Of a stretch of DNA of 64,000 nucleotides, positions 14,566 through 28,220 are shown in pieces. The notes beneath the pieces are model-generated. The model did not search any database. It was not told where the DNA came from and saw only the letters and a program-made list of their open reading frames with translations. Numbering within the stretch: position 1 is the stretch's first letter; each line of letters opens with the position of its first letter. Origin of the DNA: Lytechinus pictus (Eukaryota); NCBI RefSeq assembly GCF_037042905.1, contig NC_087250.1, positions 5,334,001-5,398,000 of the forward strand, in the 5' to 3' direction. The translations under genes were made by a program, and so were the position numbers.

Positions 14566-14880
14566 TAACAGGAAAGCTTTCTCGGAAGGGTCAGGGCCAA
14601 TTCCAACTCCCTTCCCTCCCTTCTGAATCAGTATTGCATAGGAAATGGTCGGACATCAAATTTAAATTCTATGTATTGAAAGAGATATATTACTTTTACA
14701 ACATGTTAAACATGTGTAGTTATGAAATGAATACAATTAAATTCATGAAAGTTAAATGATATATAACCATACTTGCTTTTGTGTTTTTATTGTGACTATC
14801 ATGCAGCAGTATATTGTGGCGTTCGCGCAGAACAATTTGCCCCCAGAATGTCCAAAATAGCACTCGTATGGTAAATAAGT

Positions 14881-15331
14881 GGGCCCCGTTTTACAAAGAG
14901 TTACAATTGATCCAAACAACCGCAACTATGGAAAGCCAGCAACGTCAACATCCAGAATACATGTTTGTTCAAAATATTTTCTAGATAGATGTATATTCAT
15001 ACATTTATATTTTTCTTGAAAATTTGGTTTGCTTCTCTTTGTTTTCAAAGGAAATTTTTAGATTTTTTTAATAGATTTTTTTTAAAGATTTGATAGCATT
15101 TATTCCATTCATCATAAAAACTAATACAAGGCACATACAAAGTTTACATAAATTACATGGGAAAATTGCAGATATTACAATGATAAAATCTGGGAAACAG
15201 TTGAATAAAGTACATGTTTTATAATTTATACATTGTGCAAATGTCCTGAAGAAAAAACTATGAAATTGATGGATTTCCATATACTTGAGGTTTTTATCGG
15301 ATCAATCGTAACTCTTTGTAAGACGCGGCCC
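14881..15331. mobile_element. Harbinger-like MITE
   Basis: GGGCCCCGTTTTACAAAGAGTTAC ... GTAACTCTTTGTAAGACGCGGCCC; same family at about 22445-23018. Confidence 0.65.
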
Positions 15332-15491
15332 AGATTGGTCTAACCCACGTTGTCTACTCTCTCTTTCATATCCTCAAACATGAATTGAACCTTTAGGGGT
15401 TGCTCTAACATCTCCCTGTACATCATGAATAATCATCAAATTAATTAATTCAAATTTGATAACCCATTGGAGTGACTGATATCAGGGCTGT

Positions 15492-17454
15492 AGGTAAAAA
15501 TGGCAGAGGTGAAAATGGCAGAAGTAAAAATGGCAGAGGTAATAATGGCAGAGGTGAAAATGGCAGAAGTAAAAATGGCAGAGGTAATAATGGCAGAGGT
15601 AAAAATGGCAGAAGTAAAAATGGCAGAGGTAAAAATGGCAGAGGTAATAATGGCAGAGGTAATATTGGCAGAGGTAAAATGGCAGGGGTTATAATGGGAG
15701 AGGTAAAATGGCAGGGGTTATAATGGGAGAGGGAAAAATGTCAGCTCTAGGTAAAATATGGCCAGTCTTAAACCCCCATGCAATGAATTGTCAAAAAGCC
15801 CCCGCATGTACATACATTAAATAAGAAGTGCATGTCACGGTTAGGCATTTCATCATCATTGTGTCTTCATCGGCCTAACAATGCTATTTACAAATCCATT
15901 GGAGGTGTACCGTGAACGCTTAAAAAAAAAAATCAAACGACAGATATTTTTTCATTCAATTTATCAGGAGCAAAATGAAACTGCACTTAACTCATTAATC
16001 ATTTTATAACATTCCTTTTTGTCTGGCGGGTTTTTTCATATCTAAAGTTTTGCCAGGTTTACCGATGCAAAAATGAGGAAGAGTAGACATAAGAAAGGTG
16101 GAGAGACAGAGAGGGTTATGGGGGCGGGGAAAAACATAGAGAACATAGCGGGAAAGCTTAGACGTTGAAATTATCACGAATGATTGTGGTTAAATATTAT
16201 GTCCTTTTTTGTAATGTCGTCTGTACTATTCTTTTTAAATAATTGAATGACAATAAGCATGCGTTCCCAGGCTTGGCACCATGGGTGTCGATCACGGGGG
16301 GGGGGGGGGATATATCCCCCCCCCCCCCAATATTTCAAGTGGGGGGGATGGCCTGTATTATCATCCCCCCCAATAATTTAGGGTAGAAAAATTATAATAA
16401 TGATGATGAAAAAATGAAAAGTTTGATCATGATGATTATAGTGATGATTATAGTATGCCATCAATCAGTTTGTTTCCCTCGCAATTTGTGTATATTGTTA
16501 TTAAATGAAAACATTCTTTTTCAGGACTATTAAACAGATGGGTGGAAGTTCAAGATGAAAAAGAATGAAATGTTTATGTATATGATATTTTTTAACACAT
16601 GACATAAAAGGACCCCAACGAAAAACAACTTTTGTTGATAGGGTGTTCCATCCCACCAGTGGTGAATGAATTAATTTTAATAAATCAATTAATTCAAAAG
16701 GGTGGAAAAACAAACGGGAGTAAAAGGGTGGCAAGATAAATCGTCTAAGGAATGACCATATAGCTATTAGAGTAATAGCCCCACCAATGAAAATATTTGG
16801 GGGGGGGGGACATATCGTTTTGCCCCCCTCCCAATAATTCCGCATGTGCAACTAAAAATAAAATAAGATTGTAATGCTACACTGAAACCAGCAAGCGAGA
16901 TTAAGATACCAACTCGATTTTGATCTAAAATCATGCTAAAAATGTCTGCTTTTCAGATCGGAATATAAAATTTTTCAGCTCGCGCTTCGCGCTCGCATCA
17001 TTTCTGTACCAAAACCCCATACTTTTCATGATTAAATAGGTGAATAGAATGTCCCGTTTTCAGTTCTATACCTCAAAAGAACTCCCGCTTCGATTTGCAA
17101 TAATCTTTTGTTGGATATATATCTTGTTCTTTATTAAAAGCGTCCATTAAATTGTCTTTTTGTCCAGATCGAAATATTAAAATTTTCAGCTGACGCTTTG
17201 CGCTCGCATCTAGATACCCATCTTAATAATTGGTACCAAAAGTGCTTAGAATATCAAGCTTTCACGTCAGAATATAAAGAAATTTTAGCTCGCTCTCTAG
17301 TGAGATACATGTATCTATGCTCCTCATGAGTTACTACAAGCAAACCTAAACATGTACATTTTTCCTGTTTTCATGTCATACTACAAATTTTCAGCTCGCG
17401 CTTCGCGCTCGCATTGTTGGTGAGGTTGAGATATGTGTCTCTTTCTCATGATTC

Positions 17455-17485
<31 letters not shown>

Positions 17486-18796
17486 GCCTGTGTGTGGGGG
17501 TGTAGGGGTGTGTGGGTGAGTTTGTTCGTTTTATATGATCGAGCGTCTTTGGAACGTTGATTCATGATTTTGCCCCCCCCCCCCCAATCTGAAAAATGGA
17601 TCGATGCCCCTGTGTATACATCATGCTCAATCAACAGATCACTATGTACATGTTCCAGATAATTTTTGTCATTTTTTCTTTCGTATGAGTTTAGAATAGG
17701 CTTACTTGTAACACAAATTGAATAAAAAAAAATTTATATAAGTACAGTACACTACAACAATGAAGGAATTTCCAAGAACACCATGCATATCAATCACTCC
17801 CAAATGTCCTAACTTGTGATTTTAGTGGGGGTAATGTTGAAAGATCCCCATCCACAAGAACTTTTGTGTCATCATCCCCCCCCCCAACCAAGAATACTGA
17901 TCGACACCCATGCTTGGCACTGAATATGTAACTGATTATGAAAATCAATAATAATCTTGTTTTGACTGGTAAACCAATTCGGGGTCGATCGAGGGAGACC
18001 GTCTGGTTCAGATTCTTTGCATAAAAGAAGACCCTGAAACTTTACCACTGCATCCAGTATGATATAAACGCCTTGGAAGCGGAAGTACTGTTGGGTATTT
18101 TGTACAACATAAGCAGCACCCTCTTGGTAATTGGCTTGGTATGCTAAAATGTAGAGATTTGATACAAATCTCTGTTATTTTTCAAACAGAAGAAAAAACA
18201 TTGCTTATTATCTAATTGTTATTATTTTTGTTGTAATTTTTTTTCTGACCTAAAAGAACTTCCTTTAGTTGAAATAATTGTGTCATTTTCCCCCTTAACC
18301 AAATCTCCTTTCATTTTGGAGTGAAAACTTTTTTCTCGGCTTTTTAACAAACCAGCACCCCATTTTTCATTAAACTTTCAAAAGTAGGTGGTGCTCACTC
18401 AAGCGGAAACATTTTTCGACAGTTATATCGTCATTTGCTTAAATGGATCTGTACCAATGTTAAAATGTGGAAAAATCTTCAGGATTTCACACTGGCGGGG
18501 GCTTTTTGACAATTCATTGCATGGGGGTTTAAGACTGGCCATATTTTACCTAGAGCTGTAATTTTTACCTCTCCCATTATAACCCCTGCCATTTTACCTC
18601 TGCCATTATTATCTCTGCCATTATTACCTCTGCAATTTTTTACCTCTGCCATTTTTACCTCTGCCATTTTTACCTCTGCCATTTTTACCTCTGCCTTTAT
18701 TACCTCTGCCATTTTTACCTCTGCCATTTTCACCTTTGCCATTTTCACCTCTGCCATTTTTACCTCTGCCATTTTTTACCTCTGCCATTTTTACCT
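15492..18796. mobile_element. Foldback element with about 300-bp bipartite inverted arms (TU-like architecture)
   Basis: Arms 15492-15805 and 18495-18796. The outer domain is tandem 15-mers (AAAAATGGCAGAGGT); the inner domain of about 65 bp is non-repetitive and near-identical in inverted orientation. No TSD recognised. Confidence 0.8.
16280..17912. mobile_element. Non-autonomous hAT-like element nested in the foldback element
   Basis: Perfect 15-bp TIR CATGGGTGTCGATCA / TGATCGACACCCATG; 8-bp TSD CTTGGCAC at 16272-16279 and 17913-17920. Confidence 0.85.
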
Positions 18797-19290
18797 GGCA
18801 CCACAATTTGTGTGATCAGATACGAGGGCCAATCGTAGCGAGCGGTCTTAACGGATCGCACGAAAGTGGGAACGAAGCATATATAGATATATACAACCTT
18901 GTTCCAACTGCCGTGATTTGCGCCACGATTTAAACGGCGTACTAAATCGTGGAGTAATCGTAGTGATCTTATAAGATCGTATCAGATCAGTCGTGGCAAT
19001 CGTATTGATCGTAGAAAATTTTTGAATGGTTTAAAAAATTTCCCGATCAGTTACGAAAGGTCAATCGTGGCTTTCTGAAGAAATCGCACAGCAGTGATGA
19101 GAACGAGGTATTAGGTAACAGTCGGATAAAACAGGACACGAAGAATAAAACGTCCGACAATTCCTTTTATGAAACGCTCCTCTGCCAATAGTGTGATAAT
19201 TTTTTTATTATTCCTGATGAACGTCAGCGCTATTGCAACCATCGTCATAATCAACATAATTATTAAAAGTATCGTGATGCTCCTTACACT

Positions 19291-20469
19291 TTAGAAATCA
19301 TGTGGAAATCCGGTTGGTTCAAAGCAAGAACTTAATATATCATCACGGACAGAAGGATGCTCTGCTTCCTGGTGAAACTTTCGCAGCTTGTCTTCATCAT
19401 CCAATAATTTCGAGACCAGTTTACACATATATGGTGGATACAGAACAACTGCTTCACCAAGTATTTTTACCGATCCATGTTTTTTCCACTCGAAGTATGA
19501 ATTGTATAGGGCATCATTTGAATCTAAAAGATGAATATAATCGACCAATTCCTGGAAGCTTTTGAAATCTTGTAAATGTATGAACGAGTTTGGTGGCGCT
19601 ACGCGCTCATAATCTACCCGCGGTGGACCATACACGATGGGCACGACATCATTCAATAGAGCGTTAGACCAGAACTTCTCGGTGATGTAGTCCCGGCATT
19701 CGCTGCTCTCAAGAGACAGATAAAACTTGTGATTCTTGATTATGTTCCTGCATTCTTTAGAAAATCGATCGCAAGTCATGTTTCCGCAACGACCATACAT
19801 GTCGACGCTTACGTGCTTCGCGAGCGTTTTCACAAATTCGTGGCGGCGCCAGGTTGTTCTTCCGCAATTGGTTGCCGCCCATGCCACCAAGGCACTTTTC
19901 TCCTTCGCCCAATTTCGACTTTCACCTGATGATATTTGTGGAAGAGTTTTGTTGTAAAGTCCATACGGACTAAGAATCGTTGCCGTTGGCATATACGACA
20001 TCGTGTAGTTATATAAACGATCAAGTTTAACTGGTGGCTCTGCATGTTTGGACGTATACCGAGGACTCTCTAAAGAATAAAACACCCATGCCTGATTCAG
20101 TGGGCGTCTCTTCTGCATCTCCGTCCAATCCCAACTCGAACCATGAAAGAACACGATTGCATCACTATTCGCCATAGTTTCATAACTTTTGTCAAGAATA
20201 TAACTAAGCCCACATTCCAGACCTGGGCATTCTGATTTTTTCGGAGTCCCGGGACTCCTTTTGCCCGCCCACACCTGTACCTGACGGTAACAAGATAATC
20301 CCTTTTCCGACTGGCCACTTGCATTTCCATACATCGGAGATCTCGCCCCACGGACTTCCGAGGAGAAACGGGCAATTGATCTAGCTGGTCCATCAGTTGA
20401 CAAACATATTATGATGAGTGCTGCTAAGCAAAATGGTATTATGCGCCTACCATCCTTCCTCTTCATCAT
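19291..20469 (-). CDS. Alpha-1,3-fucosyltransferase (glycosyltransferase family 10), single coding exon, type II membrane protein
   Basis: Basic tail plus hydrophobic anchor (MMKRKDGRRIIPFCLAALIIICLS), then SDAIVFFH, WVFYSLESP, VDMYGRCG, KFYLSLESSECRDYITEKFWSNAL..VVPIVYG, PPNSFIH and YNSYFEWK. The ORF is open to 20595; the ATG at 20469 fits the expected topology better. Confidence 0.93.
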   Translation of the reverse strand: MMKRKDGRRIIPFCLAALIIICLSTDGPARSIARFSSEVRGARSPMYGNASGQSEKGLSCYRQVQVWAGKRSPGTPKKSECPGLECGLSYILDKSYETMANSDAIVFFHGSSWDWTEMQKRRPLNQAWVFYSLESPRYTSKHAEPPVKLDRLYNYTMSYMPTATILSPYGLYNKTLPQISSGESRNWAKEKSALVAWAATNCGRTTWRRHEFVKTLAKHVSVDMYGRCGNMTCDRFSKECRNIIKNHKFYLSLESSECRDYITEKFWSNALLNDVVPIVYGPPRVDYERVAPPNSFIHLQDFKSFQELVDYIHLLDSNDALYNSYFEWKKHGSVKILGEAVVLYPPYMCKLVSKLLDDEDKLRKFHQEAEHPSVRDDILSSCFEPTGFPHDF

Positions 20470-22229
20470 TATTTGATATTTCAAGAAGACCGTAGCTAAT
20501 CCGATGCATTGAGAGAGTGAAATGAAGTGCAATGCAACTTCTCCAACAATATTCACTCTATCGCATTTCACGTCCGATCGAGTATAACGAAGCATAATAA
20601 AATTGAATGAATGGCCATACCTTTAGGCCTATTCATGGAGGGTTCACCGTCGACCTGCCTGTGCTTATGCCTCCGTGTCCCTCCGTGCATGACCTTGGCC
20701 ATTCGACTACAGAGCGTATCAAAATAAAATACACACTTTTGAAAAAAAAATCATCATATAAACGGACATGTTTCAACATCATGAAGCTTTTCCTGATGTA
20801 GTATGTATTATTGGTATAGGGGGTACGAGTCTCTTTTTGTAGATGAATGGCATTATGGATCCCGATAACGCCATCGATCCGCTTGAGTGGGCTCCACCAT
20901 CTAGGCCTCGTTAGCCTATGTCATAAAACTTCGTGAAAAATGACGCTTGCAACCGTTTGAAATGGTAATACACTTATAAAAGTAGACGTAAACTTTATAA
21001 GAGCACTGACATGGACCGTAGTTTGTCAAAAAATTAAAATCTAAAGAGTGTAATTTCCTTTAAAAAATATTTTCATTTGCCGAGCAAATTCCCTCCAGCC
21101 TCCATCCCTACCACCTACCCCAACACCGTCGCAATGAACCTAATTAATTGACGTCAGTGATCATGATTAAAATTGTGATCCAGTCATTGGGAACAGTTGG
21201 GGATTTCTACCTCCTCACGAAAGACTACTGATCCAACAAGCTCAAAATTAAGGCACCTAGCATTTTTGCCATGTTACCTTTACTTCAAGAGTTGCAGCTA
21301 GCGATTCCAGAGATTATGATGTCGTCTATTATGACTCTCCTGGTGATTGTCAGGCTATACGCCATCCAAGAGTATTGACCAATATGTGCCCGTAACTGCT
21401 GTTTATAGTCGCTCGTCTGCTGTTTTGGTCGCATCGAGTGATCGAGTCAGAGTCATCGAACGATCAGGGAGATGCATAAATGGTAAAATGGAACGTCATC
21501 AGAGTCAGATGAGCCCCAAGATTCTTTGAGCGTCTGGCGTTGCACAAGTCAATATCTGATATATCGATGTCTCACACGATTCCGAACCGATCTTTCAATG
21601 GTCTTTGTGGTCTCTTATGGGCTCCAAGACTTCTTGGACCGGTTCGAATAGTCTTTCAGCAGTCTTCCAGGAAGTCGGACTTTTTGTGGTTTTTCAGTTG
21701 TCCTTCAGCGGTCTATTGAACTTCCAAGGTCTTGTTTGGTCTTTCTATGACCATACAGTCTCTCCTTTTTTGCGGAGATCACTGAAAGATCGCCTCATGG
21801 GAGATCCGTGACAGACCAGGGGTCGTATACTTTCAAAGAGTTGTTGTAGGAGTTTATTTTGAAACCAATGTATTGAATGATTCTATTTCCTTTGATGTTA
21901 CCTCTCCTTTGATCTCACCACTTTTACATTGACTCCTTTATTTATCCCGTGCTTTACATTATTATCTCATGCTTAACATTCCCTCTGTTCTTTTCTTCAT
22001 GTTCATTCCATGGTTCAGTTGATTTACTCTGAATGGTTTAGCCTTTAGTAATAAGTCATGTTTATTCATAGAAGCTCATTTATATTCATTCGAAAGCCTT
22101 TTATATTCATGTACTTCTTTTTTATACAAATTATCTCATTTGAATATCTATTGTTAAACAAATTATTCATGCAAATAACACCTGAGGTTGAGGTTGGTAC
22201 ACCACAGGCAGATTACCACAGGCAATCAT

Positions 22230-22385
22230 GGGGCCCGTTGCATAAAACTTTTTACCTGAGAAAACTCAGGTTGTTTTTACCGGAGTAGTTGCCCTGTGAT
22301 AAAGTCAATGGCAGAAATCAGACTGACCTTAGTTTTCAGTTTTTACCAAAGTTTTCTCAGGTAAAAAGTTTTATGCAACAGGCCC
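22230..22385. mobile_element. Short Harbinger-like MITE
   Basis: GGGCCCGTTGCATAAAACTTTTTACCTGAGAAAACT / AGTTTTCTCAGGTAAAAAGTTTTATGCAACAGGCCC. Confidence 0.75.
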
Positions 22386-22654
22386 AAGGAGTCAAGTTGT
22401 GTCTTAACTCTGTAAGGACATACCACGCCGTTATACTCGCCCAAGGCCACGCTACAAAGAGTTGCGATTCATCCGATCAACCGCAAATATGGATGACCAG
22501 CAACGTCAACATCTCAATTCCAAATTTGTTCAGAATGTTTTCTAGATAAAAGATGTATATTCATGTATCGTTCTCTTGGAGATTCAGAGTGCATTCTCTT
22601 GTATTTAGGCCTATATACTAAGGAGGTTGTGGACATTTCTTGTAGAAACACGCA

Positions 22655-22938
22655 GAGGTGTTGTGGCTCAGTGGATAAGTCTCCGGACTGTAAACCACAA
22701 GGTCCGGGGTTCAAATCCCACCACAGCACTATAGCGTCCTTTGGCAAGGCGTTTATCTACATTTGCCACTCTCGACCCAGGTGTGGTAAATGGGTACCCG
22801 GTAGGAAGAAATTCCTTGAATGCTCGATGCGCCCGATCAGGGTAGCCGTGCTAAAGCCGGGGTAATAGTATGCAGCGCTTAGAAAAAATTGTATTAAGCG
22901 CTATATAAATGTTGCATATTATTATTATTATTATTATT
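22655..22938 (+). mobile_element. tRNA-derived SINE
   Basis: A box TGGCTCAGTGG, B box GGTTCAAATCC, core CTCGACCCAGGTG..AAATGGGTACC, (ATT)n tail; inserted in a MITE. Confidence 0.85.
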
Positions 22939-24070
22939 AGAAAAAAAATAGTATGGATGGATTTCCATCCAGTTGAGATTGATTGGATCATTCGTAACTC
23001 TTTGTAAGACGGCGCCCTAAGGAAGTCCTTGGAAAGATTGACAAAACTTTTTTTTAAAGACCTCTTAAAAACCAATGGAATAGTAATAGGGGCGGATTCA
23101 GGATTTTCCAAAAGGGGGCACATTTTCCTGAAGAAAAATCCGGGGGGGGGGGCACATTTTGTATTCTAACGGCATGTTTACATTACAAATTTTAATTGTG
23201 CGGCCTCTAAAAACGGGGGGGGGGGGGCACGAGCCAGCTGTGCCCCCACCCCCCCCCCCCCGTGAATCCGTCACTGGAAATACTATTTTTTTTTCGTAAT
23301 ACGGTGCTATGCATAGGTCATCAAAACAGGAAAAAGTGACATTTGATCAAGAAAGACATGAGGTACTCGTTTTAGGTACCTCTGATATCACTTCAATTTG
23401 GCCCCAAATTTGGAAAATTCATCACAACTGCATAATTTTTTGATTTTTTTTTCTAGACACCTTTGCTGTCTTTGGTATATCGCTGGAGAGCCAGGGAAGT
23501 CTGTAATAGCCGAGAAAATTACTTAATACACGCATGATAGCCTTTCAATGGTTTAACTGATCATCCGACTATCAATCATGTCTATATTATATGCAAGCTT
23601 GCCTTCATACAAGGCCCTGTGTCTGTTAGGATATATATATCAATGCCTACCGACTGGAAAAAAAAAGAGTAGTCACGATCGAAAAGCCGGATGAATGCGA
23701 GAGCTGCGAGCCCAGTCAATATCGCGCTCGCTCATTCTCTACGTCTGCCGCTAGTCTCGTCTCAGCCACAGCTTGAACCCGGATATTGACGAGGAATATA
23801 GCCAAGTCCGAAGGCCTTGTCAAAAGGCTAGATGCAAGCCTAAGCAATATGACAGTCACACAATGCCAAGAATGCGGTCTAATAATTGAGTATAGAATAT
23901 GACTAATAATGGAATATAATAGGCCTATATACCTTGACCCGGTGTGTGCTTCAAAAAGCTGTAATTAAGTTACAGGCGATTGTACGTACTACTGATGATC
24001 CTTGCTTGTGGTAAATAATATCCACCAAAATTTCATTGATGTTGATTTAGCGCCTGAAGGGACCACTGTA

Positions 24071-24318
24071 CATTGCATAAACGCCGGTGTCCGTTAATTT
24101 AAGACCAGCCTGGTATCTTTTTCGTTCTACACCAGAGAGGAGTTGAAACAACACCGATTTGGCGTTAGGCTAACACCCGTTTTGGCAATTAAGCAACATC
24201 AATTAGAGTTAAACCAATATCGGTTTGATTCTTAACGGGTGTTGTTTCAACGCTTCTCTGGTTTGGACCAATGCAAATACCAAGCTGGTATTAAATTAAC
24301 GCCGGCGTTTTTGCAGTG
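24071..24318. mobile_element. CMC/EnSpm-like MITE
   Basis: TA|CATTGCATAAACGCCGG ... CCGGCGTTTTTGCAGTG|TA. Confidence 0.65.
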
Positions 24319-25719
24319 TAGTCGTTCGTAAAGTCTTTCGTAACTTACGTACAGCTCTATGAAACACCTCCCTGATGCGTCTGATGTAGTTCCGTATGAA
24401 ATGAATCTCATAAAATGGTGATGACTTGAATAGAGTTCATAGCAGTATACCGTTTGTGCTACAGTAAACAAAAAGCTGTTTAAGATTATACAACGCATTT
24501 TATAATGTGAACCTGTCAATATTTGTTTAAACAGTTTAAACAAATGTTTAAAATCTTAAACAACAATGTTTGATATTTTATACTCAATTCTCAATAAATT
24601 AAGCATTGTTGTTTAAACCGTTAAACAACTACTGTAAGGGTCAAAGTAAACAGAGGTGTATCAAATTTTAAACAGCGTTTTACTGTGTACAGTCACACCA
24701 ACGAAACCGACTCTCAAGCGACAAATTGTAGTGCCTCTGGAAAAAATATTTTTTTATTTCATTCCATTTCATTTCGTTCTTCAATTTCCAACGAATATAC
24801 TGCGGCACTATGTACGACTGGACACCTATCATGTCGTGCTTATGAAATGCATCGACAGGCCATTTTATATTTAGTTCACTCATGGATAATTTCCTCAATC
24901 CCAATAAGTTACCTATTGCCTTTCCTATTTTCAGTCGGATAAGCAGTACCAATTTTTTGCTGTTCAATTGATGTGTAGAAAAAAAAAATCAAAGATAATG
25001 TGAATAATCGTCTAATCGCAAATGCTTATGTTCAGTGGCGTAATCGCCAGATATGGCGAGCTGAAATGTTTTGAAATTCAGACCTCAAACGGGACATTTT
25101 AATCAACTTTGTAATCATGTACAGGAAACATATTTAAATTAACTTTTGATATTTCTATATTCCGACCTGAGCACGCTACAATCTAAGCACTTTTTGTAAA
25201 GAATGCAAACTAACAACTGATGCGAGCACAACATTTTTGATTTTCCACGTGAAAACTGGATACTTTTTAAAACTTTGATATGGATCATTGGTATCTACCT
25301 AAACCCTTAATACGAGCACGAAGAGCGAACAACAGATTTTGATATTTTGACCTTAAAACTGGACATTTATCTTATGAACAGGATAGTATCAAACTTATAA
25401 AATGATGAGAGCGTGAAGCGCGAGGTCAAAATTGTTGATGTTTCGACTTAAAAACTGGACATTCTAAGCAATTTTTGTAGACTTAAACTGAATCATGGGT
25501 ATACGCAAATAGTTGTGTGAGCGCGAAGCGCAAGCTGAAAATAGTTTTCCAAGACGAACTGTAAAAATTGACATTCTATATATTCACATTAAAAATTTTA
25601 TTGCAAAAGGAGCTAAATCCACTTAATGCGTTTTTCTGTATATCAAAATTTTTAAATTCACCACTTTCCCTTATCCACTGCTGTTTTATTTTGATATATA
25701 TGATAGTTCTTTCATCTTA

Positions 25720-27960
25720 GATGAATGTGTCAAACATGTTTTTTTATAATCATTTATCATGTGTTTCAGGTCACATGAGAAACGTCAAAGGTCACTTAAG
25801 GTCGATAAACTTTGACCATGTTTGGGTATAAACTTGAAATCTTAACCAATGTTAAATGTTTGAAATGTTACCATAACTTAGGAAGGAATATGGGTAGTAA
25901 AGACAAGATCAATGATCATGTTGCACCAATTTGAGGTCACATGATCAAGGTCAAAGGTCACTTAGGGTTAACGTAATTTCACCATGTTGTTGTTTCACTA
26001 ATTACCAAAATAAAACTTATGCAAGGTTAAGGCTTAACTTTCATATAATGGTAATCAAGTAGGCCATCAGTAATTTGATGAATGACTTTCGGGTTACTAG
26101 GCGAAGGTCAAACGTCAATCGGGGGTCAACTCAATTATAATTCAAAAAAAGGTTTAGGATTGTATTTAAGTTTTTATACCAATTTTTGAAATTATCAGTC
26201 AAGATTAACATGCAGATAACGGTTATAAGAAATGAGATGAAAATATGAGAATAATTTCATGTTACTGGTACAAGGTCAAAGGTCATGTCAGATCAATTGA
26301 CTTGGATAAATATTAATATTTTGTTAATAACCTGAAAAATACTTAATAACACTAAATGAAACATGTTTGCATCAACCGATAATATTGGATATCATTGAAA
26401 AGAATGTTTTAGGTCAAGGTCAAATGTAACTTGAAATCAATAAACTTTATTATCAAATAAACGGGGTTTTCTTTTTACTTAGAATAAAATAAATATTCAT
26501 CTTACAAGTAGGGCCGGTAGTTCTTTTCAAATTCATTGCTGCTGCTACATGTTTATTGGATTGTGTAGTGCAGGCGATCTGTCAGAATTTAACTTAGTTT
26601 AAGTTGACAACAATTTGTTGACACCAAATGACCATTAATCTTCTCTAAGTAATCTAAGTAACCAGAAAAGTCAGTCGATTTGGTGACATGCCAACTTGAT
26701 GACTATATCATATGTAATATTCATGAAATATGTTCTTGTACTTTCCGAGCTGTGATGACATGTAAAAAACAATCCTTGGTTAAGATTGAAATGTTGATAC
26801 CACAACATGATATGGGTAGTAAAGCATCACTGATCTACTTCCAAGAGTTTCAGGCTGTCACATGATCAAGGCCAGATATCATTTAGGGTTAATGGACTTT
26901 GACCATGTTCGTGGTATCAACATCAAAGTCTTAACCAATGTGAGGTTTTAAAGTGCCAACATAATTTTGAAAGTGGAAGGACATTAATATTTCATGAAAA
27001 AAAATCAAGTAAATTGATGAATGAAATTTCAGGTCAGTAGGAGGTCAAAGGTTATTTTGGTTAAATATTGTTTTCAACTAAAACAAAGTGGAACGTTTCT
27101 TGCAGCATCACCTGCACTAAATAATTCAATATAACACTAGTGCCGACTTAAAAAAAATACCATTCGTGTAAGATAAATGATTTTTCAAGAAGAAAAAAGG
27201 AACTTCATCTTACATCCAAGTTCGTTGACCTAAAGTGACCTTTTACCTTGACTGAAAAAAATGAATTAATTTGATCAAATTTGTGATCCAAAAAGATCTT
27301 ATAAAAAGTTTCATTTACTGTGATGAAGTATTATTTTGATGATTATGAGCAAAATGTGCATTCTTATCCAAATTAGTAGACCTGGAATAACCCGTGACCT
27401 TGACACAGCAACCTGAAATCATAGTAATTGAATTTCAGATACCTTTCAATCATTATATACATCTTTAACTCAATACTGATTGATAATTTCAAACTTGTTG
27501 AGGATCTACAATCTAATCTAATCTATTTCTAATTTCTTCAATTTTAACCCCGTATTGACCACTGACCTTCACATGGAGAACTGAGAGTCATTTATCCATT
27601 TGCTGACACTTAATGAACTTTTTATGTAAGGTTTATAGAAAAGGACTTGCAAAAATTAGGCCAAGCTCGAAAAACCAAGTTCGTTGTTATGCTTAGGTTT
27701 TGGGTAGTGAAATCACAACATGGTCAAAGTGCATTAACCCTATAGAATGCCCATTGACCCTGATCATGTGACTTGAAACTCATTTAAGATGATCTATGAT
27801 ACTTTATTCCCCATACCCTGTGACCTTCCAAAAATTAAACCTTGGTTAAGATTTACCCAAACAGGTCAAATTTCAGTGAACCTGATTGACCTTTGACCTT
27901 GATCACATATCCTGAAACACATGATAAATTATTAGAAAAAAGCATGTATGACACACTAGT
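25720..27960. mobile_element. Old element with degenerate long inverted arms, rich in AGGTCA/TGACCT
   Basis: TTTATCATGTGTTTCAGG (about 25752) is inverted as CCTGAAACACATGATAAA (about 27910). Motif polarity switches from GGTCA to TGACC near 27150. Confidence 0.55.
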
Positions 27961-28220
27961 TTAACATCTCCCTTATTTAAAGGTATGTTTAGTTTGCTTA
28001 ATTTGGAATACTTATTGGGACTGTAATATGAGTTCGAGTCTATAAGAGTTGAAAATATGAAATGATTTCATTTCTTTGATAAAGTTGTCTGTTTTGAAAA
28101 GCAATAGATTCTTTTACCTGTAAAATGGGGTTTAGGTGTCAAAATCATGATTCTAGGAATACTTGGAAGATGAGACATCGTCGAAAACCTTGTTTTTCTT
28201 GGCCATTTTGACAAATCCAA

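Noticed and set aside
15472..15723. ORFs (KNGRG)n and (MAEVK)n, also at 18479-18806
   Set aside because: They are translations of the 15-bp tandem repeat in the foldback arms.
22655..22730. tRNA gene (similar heads at about 1060-1145, 9700-9750 and 31915)
   Set aside because: This one continues into a SINE body and tail; the others are degenerate and give no convincing cloverleaf.
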